Below are positions 32,578 to 47,500 of a DNA stretch of 64,000 bases, piece by piece. The stretch comes from Ophelia neglecta. Taxonomy: Eukaryota. The stretch's first letter is position 1; each line of letters starts with the position of its first letter. The translations under genes and the position numbers were made by a program. Below the pieces are notes generated by a model. The model was not told where the DNA came from. It worked only from the letters and a program-made list of their open reading frames with translations, and searched no databases. Where the stretch lies: positions 116,684,001 through 116,748,000 of the forward strand of contig OZ260661.1 in NCBI GenBank assembly GCA_965285935.1, read 5' to 3'.

Positions 32578-35500
32578 CTATCTTTGCAGCATGATTTGAG
32601 TAAGATGAGGTGGTGTATTGTTATGATTCACCTTCCTGAGCCCTAAGTTGTCAGTGGTAGCATTAGAGGTCTCCACTATTCTGTGGCGATCAAACTTGCG
32701 TTTCCATTGGGCGGCCAGCACCACAGCCTGTGTCTCGTCAATCTTGTCACCTGAATGCTGATGCAGCCCCTGCAATAAAACAAAGTGGTCAGGAGCACCG
32801 AGATTAACACAAACAATTAAAAGGCAGGAAAAGGCCATTACTCTTAAATGTTTCTATTTTATTGGTTTGTATTTAAGGGGATTATCATTATTGACGTTGC
32901 ACCAGAAAATATCCTTAACTGAGATAATTGGTCAAATCTGTCTATTGTATTCGGGGCATGGCATAAACTTGCAATGATACAGCAGCCAACAACAAAATAT
33001 GCCTACTTATTTATATAAGTGCTTCAAACTTAACATACAATTATAATGAAGAAATATAGCATGGAGTTCATGGATTAACTGCTCTTGCCATATTATCAAA
33101 TTTACTGTTCATTTATTGTTAAAGAAATAATTAAAATTAGAAACCTTGACACAAGCAGATTCAGAATCTCTCAACATCCTGTTCAAGCCATCAACCAAGT
33201 TCTCTGCTGTCCTGATCAACATCTTTTCATTCTGAAAAGACAGCAATATTTAAAATACAGTCTTTTTTAAGCAGTTTTTGTCTTAGGGCTGTTCCATTAA
33301 AAAATACCTGGGGGGGGTGGTCCTGAAAATTTTTTAGGGGGCACCACCCATAGAATTCAATTAGATGTGACCCCCACCACCCATAGAATGAAATTTTTCC
33401 AACACCCACCACCCACAGAATTCAATACAGGATTCAGCTCAGGGGCACCCCACAGAATTTGTTTCCACAGACTCCTGAATGATGTTTTACCCCCCCACCC
33501 CACCCCCACTTAATTAAATTTAACCCCACCCCCCTCCAACTGGAATTCTAAGATCAACTTCCTCCCCCCCCCCCCCAGCACATTAAATTTGGTATTCCCA
33601 TTTAATATGGACAGTTCCCTTCAGTTACCTTTCTCTGAACACATTTTTTTCCCTCTCCCATACCTGTTCTAGTACAAACACTTGGGGGGGGGGGCACTGA
33701 CCACGATTCATGGTAGGGATGCGCAGCCGAAACTCAAATTGGGGGGTCATTCTATAAATAGCAATGCTACTTTAAATCAACCCTATCCCTATAGCATATA
33801 TAGTAATAAAAATGATGGTCTTTATTATAGCATTTAAAATGGAAAAGCGGCATATGTTTAAAAGTGTGGACGAAAATGGATTCATTTTTGCCCAAATGTT
33901 ACCGCTGGAGGCCCGGAGTGGAGGTTTTCATGTCAGAGAGAAAGTACATGTGACAGGCCAAAAATGGCAAGTCAAAATATTGGAGCTATCTTATAGCAAC
34001 CCAGCAAAAAGGGGGACTATCTTAATATAGACTCTCACGAGGGGGGCGGGGGGCGATCGTATAGATTCCAAGGCCTAAAAAAGGTACCCTTTCCACCGGA
34101 GCATACATAATGGTTCCAGATAGCAGTGCCCCTCCCCTGGCACTAAGACATATTATTTGTTATTATTGAAATTAATTTAAATATTAAAATTTAATAGATA
34201 TAATTTTGTTGACTTGAATCCATAAAAAAAAAGAAGTGTATACTTTGACGAGATTAAACAGTACATGATAATCTTTTGATTGGAGTATTTTTCATTTATT
34301 GGAGTGTAACAAACCATATGACATACTCATGATATATTTTACAAACCATATGATGTACTCATGATATAATATTTTAGACCATAATATTTTTTTAAACAAT
34401 ACTGCCATCGGTGAACACCTTTGTTTTTCTAGATTAGTACAATGTATGCAAATTACTACTAGGAAACACAGTACTGTAAAATCCTCATATGTCGCGTGCC
34501 TTGTTGGTGTGAATTTTGCAAGTGTCAAACCTCCAAATTAAAAGCCATGCAGAAATTAGAGACACTGTAGGGACCAAAAGGGTCCGGCGGTTTGTTGTCC
34601 ACTTTAGTAATATAGTCTAATATGTTTTTTTGCGATTTTTTGGTCATGGTAGTGGTGATTTGTTAAGGTACTGTGGCTAATGGCTGCGAAAGGCATGGCA
34701 CTCTCGGTGGAGATGGTTTATCAGAGTTGTCAGAGCACACAGTGGTCAAGGTATCTACAGTAGTGAATTGGTGACTATTAGTCTAGTCAATTTATGGTTG
34801 AACCCACCACAAATTGCAACAGAATTTTTTTCTTCAGATTCCATGTCAGAGAGGTCTCGAGAACAACATATTAAAAAGGCACTCAAAAGTACCTTGGGGA
34901 AATGTGTCTATTTTGCATAAATCCAAAATGGCCGCCAAAATTTCCGAAAACACACTATTTTGGTCAGATTACAAGCCCTAATCTAGATATTTTAGTGATT
35001 TAAAGCTTAAAATGCATTTATACTAAGCACAGGGAACCTTTGCAACATATACTAATTCATATAGCTCCTTTTCTAATTTGCATACATCCAAAATGGCCGC
35101 CAAAATTTCCGAAAACCCACTTTTTGGTTAGATTACAAGCCCTAATCCAGATATTGTAGTGATCTAAAGCTTAAAATTCATTTATGTTGAACACAGGGAA
35201 CCTTTGCAAGATATACTAATTCATATAGCTCCTTTTTTAATTTGCATTAATCCAAAATGGCCGCCAACATTACAAAAACACACATTTTTGGCAATGTGAC
35301 AATTCCTAAACAAGATATTTTACTGTTTTAAAGCTTTAAATGTATTGATTGGTCATGGGGAACCTTTTGCAAGATATATAATTTACATAGCTCCTTTCGT
35401 AATTTGCATCAATTCAATATTGTGGATAAAATACTTCGAAATTTGATCGGTCACAAATAAGGTTGACAGAGAATATCGGTTCATCATCAGAGTGAACACC

Positions 35501-38500
35501 AATTGGGACAAGCGTGATGGATGAGTGCATCTTTTGCAAATCTTCCCTTCATGATGGACCAGAAGTGGCTGTACTTGGGGCAAAGGGATGTGAATCAATA
35601 GCTCAAGCCTGTCAGGCACGAGGAGATAGCATAGCTGTTGTACCAGGTCAAAGGGTTCATGTTGCATGCCGCCATCGCTATTGCAACAAAAGACGAATTG
35701 AACAGAGCCTAAAAAGACCACATGATGACGATAGTGGTGAGGCTCGGGTATCGCTGAGATCCGCACAACAACCATTTAATTTCAAAGAGAACTGTCTGTT
35801 CTGTGGACACGTTGATACCTTTGACGTTAAACATCAGCGAGGTCATAAGCTCACTCCTGTAAGGTCCTTTGATTTTCAAAACACCATCCTGCAACAATCA
35901 AGAGTAGGGGTGATAGTTGGGCAGGCAAGGTGACCTCAAGAATAGGTGCTGTACACGATTTACCAGCTGCAGATGCGGCATATCACCAAATATGCAGCAC
36001 CAACTTTCGTACAGGCAAGACTATCCCACTTGTGTTTATGTCTCATACAGATCACCAGCCTGATACAAAAAGGCGTGGCAGACAAAAAGACACATTTCAG
36101 GAAGAAGCGTTTTTGCAAGTTTTATCAGATCTGGAGCAAACTGACGAAGAGCAAACCACCATAAATGACCTCATTGACAATATGAAGACGTATCTCGGAG
36201 ACTCTGATAGTATGCCATATGGGTTCACACACATGAAAAAGAAAATCAAAGATCACTACGCTGATAACATACTGATTACAGAGATCAATGGGAAGTCTAA
36301 TGTTGTAACATTCACCACAACTGCATCTAAAATCCTCTATGATTTCCATCAGAAATCTGAAAAGAATGACAGTGTAGGTGAGAAGATGAGATTGATAGAG
36401 GCTGCAGCCAATCTCATCAAAGCTGACATTAAGTCTATAAGTCAGTCCAAAGACAATTACCCAACACCTGAAGAAATGAGTGTTGACAAGGCTATTGACT
36501 TTCTTCCAGAGTCACTTTGCACACTGTTGCGTGTTCTCCTCCCAGGAACAAATTCTGACATCAAAGTTGCTTCACTGGGGCAGGCAATGGCCCAGGCAAC
36601 ACGACCGAGAGTGTTGTTATGTCCTCTACAGCTGGGACTTGGGGTGCAACTGCACCATCACTTTGCCTCAAGGTTTCTGATTGATTCGTTAAACAAACAT
36701 GGGTTTTGCTGTTCTTATTCAGAGGTTCAGTGCTTTGAACGAAGTGCTTCAGTGCGTCAGGGTACGAACATTTCCAACCTTTCCCCAGATCAAGTTGTCC
36801 AATATGTTGCTGACAATGTTGACCACAACACGATTACCATAGATGGTCAAAACACATTTCATGGTATGGGAATGATTGCCACTGTTACACCAGGAGCTAA
36901 GAGCAGTTACAATGTCCCTCGTGTCACAGTAGCAACAGAAGACATCTGTTCCATTGGACACGTTAACATAAAGTATTTCGCCTCAGGTACTGAGGGCATT
37001 AGGTCGTTATCATACCATCCACTAGCTGCACTTGATGCAGACGATCCAAGTTCAGCTCTCGATGATCTTTGGAAGCTCTCGCTAATAGTCCGTCCGAAGA
37101 GACCAGGTTGGTCTGGTCTAATGCAAATGGTGCAGAAGGGAAACCACCCTGGGAAGTCATCTGTGTTGTTCCTCCCAATGATTGACATGAATCCCAGTGA
37201 TCTCAGTTGTGTGTATTCAACATTGAGCTATGTTTCCTCCCATGCAAAGAAACATAATGTGACACCCATTCTAACTTTTGATCAGCCACTGTGGTGGAAG
37301 GCGCTCCAGATTCGTGAAAGTGAACCTGGAAACAGTGACATCCACTCTATTGTATTGCGTCTTGGAGGTTTCCACACTGTGATGAGTTTTTTGGGTTGTA
37401 TTGGACACATAATGGCCGGGTCAGGTCTTCAAGCTGTTCTGGAACAACTCTATGCCAGCAATGCGGTCGGCCATATGCTGTCAGGGAAGGCTGTTGAACG
37501 GGCCATTCGGGGACACTTCTTAGTTGATGCTTCACTGAATGCTATGATTGTGTCCAAACTTTTCAACGTGGATCTGGCTGTCATTACTCAGGACAATGAA
37601 CAGGCAAATACAACAGAACAGCTTCATCAGGCAGGACAACATGATGGCGTACAAGATGATGATCTCAATCAAATTGTTCAACAAGGGGTTGCACCTGACA
37701 CTGAAATCGATATCCACAACCATCTATTGGAGCAACTGGCTAGGCTATATGATGATATTACTGCAGATAACCGTCAAATTGCTGATGTTCAAACTTCACC
37801 TGATATCCAACAGTTCAGTGAACTGTTGCAGGCTATGAAACATTCTCTGCAGACCTCATCTCGGAATTCAAGGTTGTGGGTCCAATATATGGACATGATG
37901 GACATTCTTAGAAGGTTTCTCAGAGCCGAGAGAACAGGCAATTGGAAACTGCACTTGCAGGCCATGCAGAACATGTTGCCTTATTTGGCAGCCAGTGGTC
38001 ACAATCTGTACACTAAGTCAGTGTACCTCTACCTGCAGGACATGGTGAAACTGCAAGAACTACACCCAGAAGTGCACAACTATTTTGAACAAGGGTACCA
38101 TGTTATGCGTAGATCTGATCGCTTTTGGGCTGGACTGTCTCTTGATCTAGCTATCGAGCAAATCCTTATGAAGTCAGTGAAGACAACAGGTGGGTTAACA
38201 AGGGGGAGGGGCATATCCGAGGTTCAACGTCTTGTGTGGTTAATGTCACGTCCTTCCTGTCTCGAGATCAACAATGCTATTCAGGAATTCTCCTCGGTGT
38301 CATACAGCACAAGCGACCAGCACAAAGAAGCCACTCCGGCAAGGCTCCAGAGAGATTTGAAGGACACTCGGACACTCTTGTCCTTTCTGAAAGAAAGAAA
38401 CCCCTTTAGTGATGATTCCACATTACATAACATTGATACAGGAGTCACTGCTGAGGACAGAGTCAACGCTGATAACGCTAAAACTGTTGGGATGGCAATA

Positions 38501-41500
38501 GTAAACTCAATGGTAGGCAAGGGTGTGATGGATCATTCCTTCAAGAAGAAAGACCAGCTTGTGACAATGGGATCTACCAATGCTATCAAGATCCGTGATG
38601 AACTTGTTAATATCGATCCACAGCTACTCTTTCAAAGGCTTGTCACAGCAGGTACAAGGAATGAACAGCTACCGGAGATATTCCAGTATGAGCTGTCAAG
38701 CTATCCTCCTGCTTTATTTGACATGAAACAGCTGATGAAATCTGCTAATAAGCCAGCTCTAGCGGATGCCATGTGGGTCCTCATACCGCCGGGTGCACCA
38801 CAGCCATCAGATGATGACTGTGTCTTTGTGCTGGATGGTGGATCTCTCCTCCATCGAATTCCATGGCAGAAAGGGACAACTTATGGAAGCATTTGTCAGA
38901 GGTATGCAGACTATGTGCAGCATCACTATGGCACAGCTGTTGTTGTGTTTGATGGCTATGAGAATGGTCCAACCACTAAAGACAACGCACACTCGAGGAG
39001 AATCACAGAACAAATGACAGAAGTTCACTTCACAGAATCGACTGTCATGAATGTGAAGAAAGATGCTTTCCTTTCGCATGAGAAGAACAAGCAATCTTTC
39101 ATCAACCTGCTGAGCAACATCCTAGGACGAAGCGGTTGCCAAACAAAGCATGCAAGGGGTGATGCTGACCTACTCATTGTTCAAAGTACAATTGAGAGTG
39201 CATCAGTTGCTAATACAGTGCTTGTGGGCGATGACACTGACCTATTGGTTCTCCTTTGTTTCCATGTAACAATCGATTCTTCCCATGATATATTCTTCAG
39301 GCCTGAAGCTAAATCAGGGGCACACAAATTGCCAAGGTGCTGGAACATAAAGTTTACAAAGCAAAGCTTGGGTACACATGTCTGTGAGAACATCCTATTT
39401 GTGCATGCCTTCCTAGGGTGTGACACAACATCTAGAGTTTTTGGCTTTGGCAAAGGTGTTGCTCTAAAACATCTAAACAGTAATGCAGACTTTCATCTGC
39501 AAGCAAAAGTCTTCAATAATAGGCTGGCCACAGCTGCGCAGATTGCTCAAGCTGGCGAAAATGCACTGGTCACTCTGTACAGTGGAAAAAAGGGAAATAC
39601 TTTGGACCAACTCAGACTGCAAAAATTCTGTCAGAAAGTAGGTTCCAGTACTTCCAGTGTTCAGCCCCAGACATTGCCTCCAACATCAGCAGCAGCCCGT
39701 TACCACAGCTTACGCGTTTACCACCAAGTGCAGACGTGGAGTGGATGTGATCTGCCCCCCACAACCTGGGGTTGGAAGATGTCCAATTCCAACTTATGTC
39801 CAGTGATGACGGACAAAGATGTCGCACCAAAGGCCTTACTGGAAGTTGTCAGATGCTCCTGCAAGACTGGTTGCTCAACCATGAGGTGCTCCTGTCGCAA
39901 AGCAGATCTGGACTGTTCTCCTGCATGTGGGGAATGCCGGGGCGTATGCTCAAATGTGACAACCATCAACCAGGATGAGACTTCTATGGATGATTAAAGA
40001 GAAGAGTGAAAAATTCTAAACTTGTGACATATAAGATTAACAGATGTACATTTTATTTCTCCGAGATGGTCCTTATCTTGACCTCATTTCCAGATTTGTT
40101 GTGTGTTGACGTAGTACAGTAATTGCAACTAGAGTATTAGATATTTGTTCAACTATAGTATGTTCATGTTCAATAAATACAATTGAAACCTTAAATCATT
40201 ACTCTTGCTTGATTAATATTTTTCACGTTGTCAGAATTCGTTTGTGACCCTGTCTTTGACTGGTAACACAACCAAAAGAGTACCGTGCATTGCGGCTACC
40301 ATATTTGATTATGTAAGTTCTTATACTGTACAATAGACGTTCATAAGATCGCTAATGCTGGAGTGATTTTATAGACATATATCAACCTTATTTCAAATAT
40401 TGCATGACAAAATTGGTATTATGGCAGCCATTTTGAATTTATGCAAATTAGAAAATGAGCTATATGAATTAGTATATTAGTATATCTTGAAAAGGTTCCC
40501 TGTGTTCAACATAAATGCATTTTAAGCTTTAAATCACTACAATATCTGGATTAGGGCTTGTAATCTTACCAAAAAGTGGGTTTTCGGAAATTTTTGTGGC
40601 CATTTTGGATTTATGCAAATTAGAAAAGGAGCTATATGAATTAGTATATCTTGCAAAGGTTCCCTGTACTTAGTATAAATGCATTTTGAGCTTTAAGTCA
40701 CTAAAATATCTTGATTAGGGCTTGTGATCTTACCAAAAAGTGTGTTTTCGGAAATTTTAGCGGCCATATTGGATTTATGCAAATTAGACGCATTTCCCCA
40801 AGGTACATTTGGGTGCCTTTTTATTATGTTGTTCTCGAGACCTTTCTGACATAGAATGTGAAGAAAAAAATTCTGTTGCAATTTGTGGTGGGTTGGGCTG
40901 CTATATGCCGTAGATTGACTAGACTATATCAGAGTTGTCAGAGCACACAGTGGTCAAGGTATCTACAGTAGTGAATTGGAGACTATCAGAGTTGTCAGAG
41001 CACACAGTGGTCAAGGTATCTATAGTAGTAGTGAATTGGTGACTCTCACAGCACACGGTGTCAGCTGTCAGAGTGGCAGCGGCAGGTGTCAGAGTGGCAG
41101 CGGCAGGTGTCAGAGTGGAAGCGGCAGGTGTCAGAGTGGCAGCGGCAGGTGTCAGAGTGGCAGCGGCAGGTGTCAGAGTGGCAGCGGCAGGTGTCAGAGT
41201 GGCAGCGGCAGGTGTCAGAGTGGCAGCGGCAGGTGTCAGAGTGGCAGCTGCAGGTGGCAGAGTGGCAGCTGCAGGTGGCAGAGTGGCAGCGGCAGGTGGC
41301 AGAGTGGCAGGTGTCAGAGTGGCAGCGGCAGGTGGCAGAGTGGCAGCGGCAGGTGTCAGAGTGGCAGGTATCAGAGGCAGGTGTCAGAGTGGCAGAGGCA
41401 GGTGTCAGAGTGGCAGCGGCAGGTGTCAGAGTGGCAGCTGCAGGTGGCAGCGGCAGGTGGCAGAGTGGCAGCGGCAGGTGTCAGAGTGGCAGCTGCAGGT

Positions 41501-44500
41501 GGCAGAGCGGCAGGTGTCAGAGTGGCAGCGGCAGGTGTCAGAGTGGCAGCGGCAGGTGTCAGAGTGGCAGCTGCAGGTGGCAGAGTGGCAGCGGCAGGTG
41601 TCAGAGTGGCAGCGGCAGGTGTCAGAGTGGCAGCTGCTAAAAGCTGCAAAATGAATGTATTTGTTTAGATGTGTTTGTGTATTACAATTTTAGAGATACA
41701 AGGTAAATTATATATGTTCTGGGGTCAATGTCCCTGAATAATTTACCCTGGGATGTTATCCTATGTTAAACTTGGAAGTAGGCCAAAACACTGAGCACTA
41801 GCATTTTGGTTGGTTTATACTAGTATCCATAGTATTATACCGTATGGGAGCAAACACTGTATTGACAATAACCTAAAGAAAGTGCTAATGCATTATATGC
41901 AACTATTAAACGTGTATGTCATTTTACGTTGGTATAAAAATAAATGTTCTTATTGCATCTAGCTGGCAGATTTAACAGTTTAAGAGCAGCCAGCAGCATA
42001 TTTTACTGTTCTAGACGTTATTTATTATATCATTTACAGTTACATACTTTGGGCACCCGGGTTTGGGCAGTACAAGTGTGTGCACCACATATACATGTAT
42101 GTCATTGAACTGGTCAATATAGTGGACTCGATTTAAGGGGATATGATCTGCTGATTTGTTCTTCTACCATTTTAATTGGATGCTATACTATCTATAGTAT
42201 ATGGAGGAATAGGTATCTATAGAATATTGACTTACCGAGAAGACAATGAAGTAGAGTGCTACCTCCCTCGCGCACCAAGCACTGCTCCAAGGAATCCATT
42301 TTGAACGGGACACCACGAGGACACGATTTCTCCCGTCGACTTCGTCCAGCCAACTCGCCCCCCACATGGCGGCAACTTGCCATCCATTTGTAAACTTGCA
42401 GCAAACCTGCCAACGTTTTTAAGCCGCGTAATGAAAATATTGGTCGATATGTATCTGTTCTAAGTCATCTAAGTACCGTACAAGTGACTGTGAGGACTCC
42501 AGAGGATGTTGGTACTGGGTTGAGCGAAAAAGATTATGGGCAAGATTCATACTTGGCGAATTGACGTCCCATTGACTTCGCGCGCTGAAGGGAGCCAGAC
42601 GATTTTGGCGACGCCTGTACAGAAGCGGCGAGCTGAGGCAATTTTCGCGTCACAGTAATTGTGTATGCACAAAACAATGACGTCATTTGCACACTACGCA
42701 CAATTTATCCAATGTGGACGACAACAAGACGATACCACCGAATGTGACAACCCCATAGAATTTAATTAAAGACTATGCAGTGCCCACCCCCATATGATTT
42801 TAAATCGAGTGGGGGGGGGGGGGGGGGGTAAAGGCCCCCACTACCCATAGAAATCGATTAATGGTAACCCCCACCACCCACAGAAATCGATTAACTTAGA
42901 CCCCGACCACCCACCTATTCTTTAATATGCTTCCGGACCGCCACTCCCAGGTATTTTTAAATGGAACAGCCCTTAATCAAATGATAAGATATCCACATTG
43001 ATATAAAAAAAACCTAAGTTACAAGTTGAAAAGGTAATTACAAAACCTCATCCAGGGAAATTAAAAATCTTCAATGATATTATTCATGGTGGTGAAGAAA
43101 TGCAGAACATGGGAGTCTAGAACCATGTTCCAAACACAAGTTTATACAGTAGTATTCTTGAATCGGATTATTTCCTTAATACAGTTGCGAGCAAGTATCC
43201 TCTAAGCCCCTTTTTCTAAATACCCTCCCTCCTCCCCCCCCCCCTCCCCCTTCACCCCATGCCACCATACCAACTAATCCATCCATCCCCTTGAAATCTT
43301 TAAATTTTTTAAACCAAATTGTCAGAACTTTTAGGCATCCTAAACCCCCCCCCACCCCCCCCCCCGCTTTTTTGAATGTGTCATTTGGTCAGACCTCTCC
43401 ATACCAAAATTCTGTTGGGTTGATGGTTGACAGGCCTGATATTTGTAACAAGGTTTTAACTGTCCCTGATGCAATTTTTGATTTGTGCAAAGGAATAATC
43501 AATTGTAATAGCTCATTTAACCAGCAGACAGACTACATACTGCCTAATCAACAGTTCATTTTGTTTATCTTGATGGTACAGGTACATCAAATATCGAAAA
43601 ATCAACAATCAAGAATACTGAACTTTCATTCTGCAAAAAGACCCCTCCATCACCCCCTCAATGTTTATTTCCAGCAGCGAAAAGGACCTGTATTTTTCAA
43701 TTTGATGTCAGGATTTTGCCACTGGAGCTTCCAGCCTTATAAGCAGTATAAACTAGGGTCAAATTACAATACCCCCCACCCCCAGGTCCAATTTAAACTT
43801 AATCCTCTCCTCTCCGGATCTTTAAAGGGCGCTCAGGAGAAACTCAAATATCTTCCATGGCCAATATGAACATAACATATAGCCCAATTCTATTTATTAT
43901 GTTCAATTTGTAATTAAATACCGTGTTGTCTTCCGGAGTAGCTTCTTTCACCATGGACAATATCTGCAGCTGGGCTATAATAGTTGGCACATGCTCAGAA
44001 GAGGACTTCAAATTGGCAGCAATTCTGGAAGAATACAAGGCATATACTGTTTTGAACTAAATCTGAATGACTTAGATTAGTAATGCATGAATTAAAGTTG
44101 AACAAATACCAGTTGATCTATACAACATGGTTTTTATGAAGAAAAAACACCATTTGTGTTTAAATGTTAGTAAATTTAATTTTAGCATTTGTCGTAAAAT
44201 GTTCAACCAGTGACTTTTAGAACATTGATTACTTCACAAGTATTATTATTTCCTGCCATAGATTATGATTTTTGGTTTAAAATGCAGTCCATATTATTAA
44301 CAAACTTAAGACTGAGAGCCTTTAAATGATCTATACTCACTTTTCATCTACACAATGCTCAACAATAACTTTTGCAAACTTCACCAAGGTTTCGGCACGT
44401 TTCGCAATTTCTTTAGCAGTCTGGTACAATTCTTCCTTTGTCTAGAAAAAATATATTATCACAGTAAAGGTATATGCCTTTGTTTAATATCTAATATTTT

Positions 44501-47500
44501 TCTTGCCTCTTTTTACATTTATTTCCATTTATTAATTTATTAAGTAAATTTACAATTAAGAGTTAAAGTATTAACACACATAAAAAAAATCAAAGGATGG
44601 TGCCAATGTGGTTCTCAGCACTTTGCAAGGAGGCAATTTCTCATCTCCATAGAAAAAATCTTCGTCAGAGACATTTTCATGACAATGAAATACATGGTAA
44701 TAGTCACAGTTACTGTATTGATGTTTGGTTCTCAGTATTTTTTAATTTCTGTAAGCATGTGGTTTCATTTCAACAAATAAATCCTAAAAACACATCACTG
44801 ATTAAGAAATGAGAAACAGAAGTCAGGCCAGTTCAAATTTTAACTTGTACATGTACCTGAACCAGCACTCTGGAGTAAAAGTGGTGAGATAAAACCACAA
44901 ACAGGGGGCACTGTCTGTGTCATACATCAAACAAATTTGTCAGTGACTTACAAGATAATCCACCCAACAATAGGGGCATAGGCAGACCAATAAATGGAGG
45001 TCCCTGTTGATGGATAAACAAAGTCACTGGCAGCCAAATCGTGCCTTTTCATGCACAGATGTTATGACGGATGACAAAAATCACTTTACTACTTGCACAC
45101 ACAAAAAGGACTGTGCATGTCTGTGCCTTTTTGACTGATCTGGCCCGAGTGGCTGTGAGTGAATAACCTGCCAGGCTCAAGGTGTAAAGATAGTAAGGCT
45201 AAAGTATAAAATCAAATGAAAGTCATTGGCTTTAGTCTACAGGCAAATAAGCCACTGACGTTGACATGCTGATAGTGAAATCAAAAGGAAAGTCAGTTAT
45301 AGCTGGTAAACTTAGTCACTGGCTGCTAGGTCACCTGATATCTCTGAGCTTACTGTCACTGTCCTGACTAGTATGTGTGGTAAGCATGGTACTCTGCTAC
45401 CTTTAGGTAAAGGGCCTGCCAACCATGCTCTTGGTAAAAAGAATATAAAGTATACTTATAAGGGTATAAGCAACTTCCTAATGGATACAGTCAAAATAGT
45501 AGCAGCCAACCTTTGTATATTGGCTTGGAACAAATGAGGATTAGATTGCACAGGATGCAAGTCCTCTCATATAAACAAGACAAAAATAAACTACCGGTAT
45601 AATTAATATAGTGTCCTATACATATGTTAAATTTATCGGTGACAACACTTAAGTACATTGAAAATAAGACAGTTGCAATATTTAAACAATTAAGATACTG
45701 GGGTTACTGGTACTGTAATTGTTGACTCTTATCACATTTACAGGTTACACAGTGGACATGTCTTACCTCTATTGGGCCAATCCCTTTTGTGAATTCTTTC
45801 ATATCTCTCATCTTCTTAGAGATGTCTTTTGCACCTTTAACGATAGCATTATTGTCATCTTCCCATTTTTCTTCAAAGGGTAGGCCAGCTCCCTTGAATA
45901 AGTATGATAATAAAATACTTCAGGGAATCAATCGATAATTGTATGATACATGTAAATTCAGTGCTGCCAGTTCATTTTCGTGCACTATGTTCATATGTGC
46001 TTTGGAAGTGATTCAGAAAATGCATATGTGCCGTGAGTTTATAAACCTATGAAGTATGAGGCAAATGAATAGATATGGTAGATCAGAAGAAAATAATATG
46101 ATGCCAGTGTAGACATTTTCTGACAATAATTACCCCATAGCTGCCCTGGCAAAGGAAAGTTATATTTGCCTTGTGTAGATTGGTCTTTTATTTTCAGTAA
46201 CAATCCATAAATCAACAAACTGTTTGTAGTTTATCATAAACTACACTATACATGTATGTCAAATACTAATATGTTTGCTTTTGTTTGTAAAGACACAATT
46301 CTAATCAAGGGGCACTTCCTTGTTGTCTCATTCATGTTCTTTATTAGCAGAATTAACATAGCTGGAGTAACAGTTAAACAATTAAAGTTTTTTATTCTCT
46401 CTTGACCTTTTGATATTCAATCAGCACACCAGAGCCAGTTACTGTAAGCATACATTTGTGACATACATAAACCTTAACCAACCAATTTACACCCCTCTAA
46501 GGACAATGATGTGACTATAAACAACATCAATAAGCAAGCATCAAAAAAACAAAAAAACAAACAACTAGTTTGATTGTATCTGTATGAAGGAACATATATG
46601 GTATGGACTGAAATAACTACTATAAAGAGGAAGCTGAAAGGAATGATGGACAGAAACATATATCCTTGTGAAATTCAGAGGGAAAAAATAATATACATGA
46701 TAAAAAAGCTGATTAGAACCAACAGTGCTAGACTTCATTATTTAATAGTGGAGTGGAAAAACAACTACAGTGGTCCCTGCGAAGTAGGGACACCTTTTTA
46801 TCCAAGCAAAAGAGTCCCTACATAGCAGGTGCCCCTACATCAGAGGTACATTAAGATAGGAAAGATAGGACATGGGCATTGAAAAATGTCCTGTGGTCGG
46901 AAGGAGTCCCTACGTCGGAGGTTCCCTTCATCGCAGGGACTGAAAACTTGACCTTTCATGAGTTGGGTTTCGTTAGGTTGTTTGGCAAATAAGCCACCTC
47001 TTTGTTGCATGACGCAGTGTAATGGTAACCATTTGATATATGTATATACAAAAATTATTTACAAAATGTTATTTGCAAAATATTTTGTTAGGTTATGTAA
47101 TAAATTGACCTATAAGTATACATATATCTGAATCAAATAGCTTTCTAATTAATCTATGTTCTGCTCAACTCAGTTCGAAATTACAATAGCCTTAACTTGT
47201 TCTGACTGTGCAGTTATAATACAGGATCTGGTCAAAATTTCAGACTAGCACCTAGCAATAATTTACAATTTGCTGGCTGAGTCAGCCGGCATCGGTTACA
47301 GTGAGCGAGTGATAGTGAATCAAACATACATAGTGTCTACGGCAGGTACTCCAGTGAGGCAGCACTCTATAGAGGGCATTGAACTCACTGTCACAAGTAG
47401 GCACTGTGGCGATATGACCGATAAGTGTTGAAAGCCACGAAAACCCCCCAAACAACAACATACATAGAATAGTTACATCAAGGAAACAAAAGAGGTTTAA

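Larger units (their letters stand above)
34779..40926 (+). mobile_element. Academ-superfamily DNA transposon (XPG/PIN-containing type)
   Basis: Termini TAGTCTAGTCAAT...ATTGACTAGACTA, 3-bp TSD TAT (34776-34778 and 40927-40929), and inverted subterminal arms of about 500-600 bp built from repeats of about 170 bp. Confidence 0.9.
33286..42972. mobile_element. PIF/Harbinger-like non-autonomous element carrying nested insertions
   Basis: 27-bp TIR GGGCTGTTCCATT(A/T)AAAAATACCTGGG at 33286-33312 and 42946-42972, TTA on both sides, and CCCATAGAA subterminal repeats at both ends. Confidence 0.8.

Noticed and set aside
40976-41668. ORFs of 184-230 aa in three frames (CQSGSGR, VRVAAAG and VSEWQRQ repeats)
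   Set aside because: Artefact of a stop-free 21-bp minisatellite; there is no unique coding sequence or splice context. It is not a CRISPR array either, since there are no unique spacers.
42192-42720. CpG-rich patch with a minus-strand GTAAGT donor inside the Harbinger-like element
   Set aside because: May be a relic promoter or first exon of the element, but I could not recognise any transposase or Myb/SANT motif
43291-43869. 192-aa + strand ORF
   Set aside because: TTG start, low-complexity C runs, intronic and antisense position, no recognisable domain
47283-47450. Possible SINE-like fragment
   Set aside because: Looks like a dispersed repeat, but no A/B boxes, tail or TSD could be shown from this window alone
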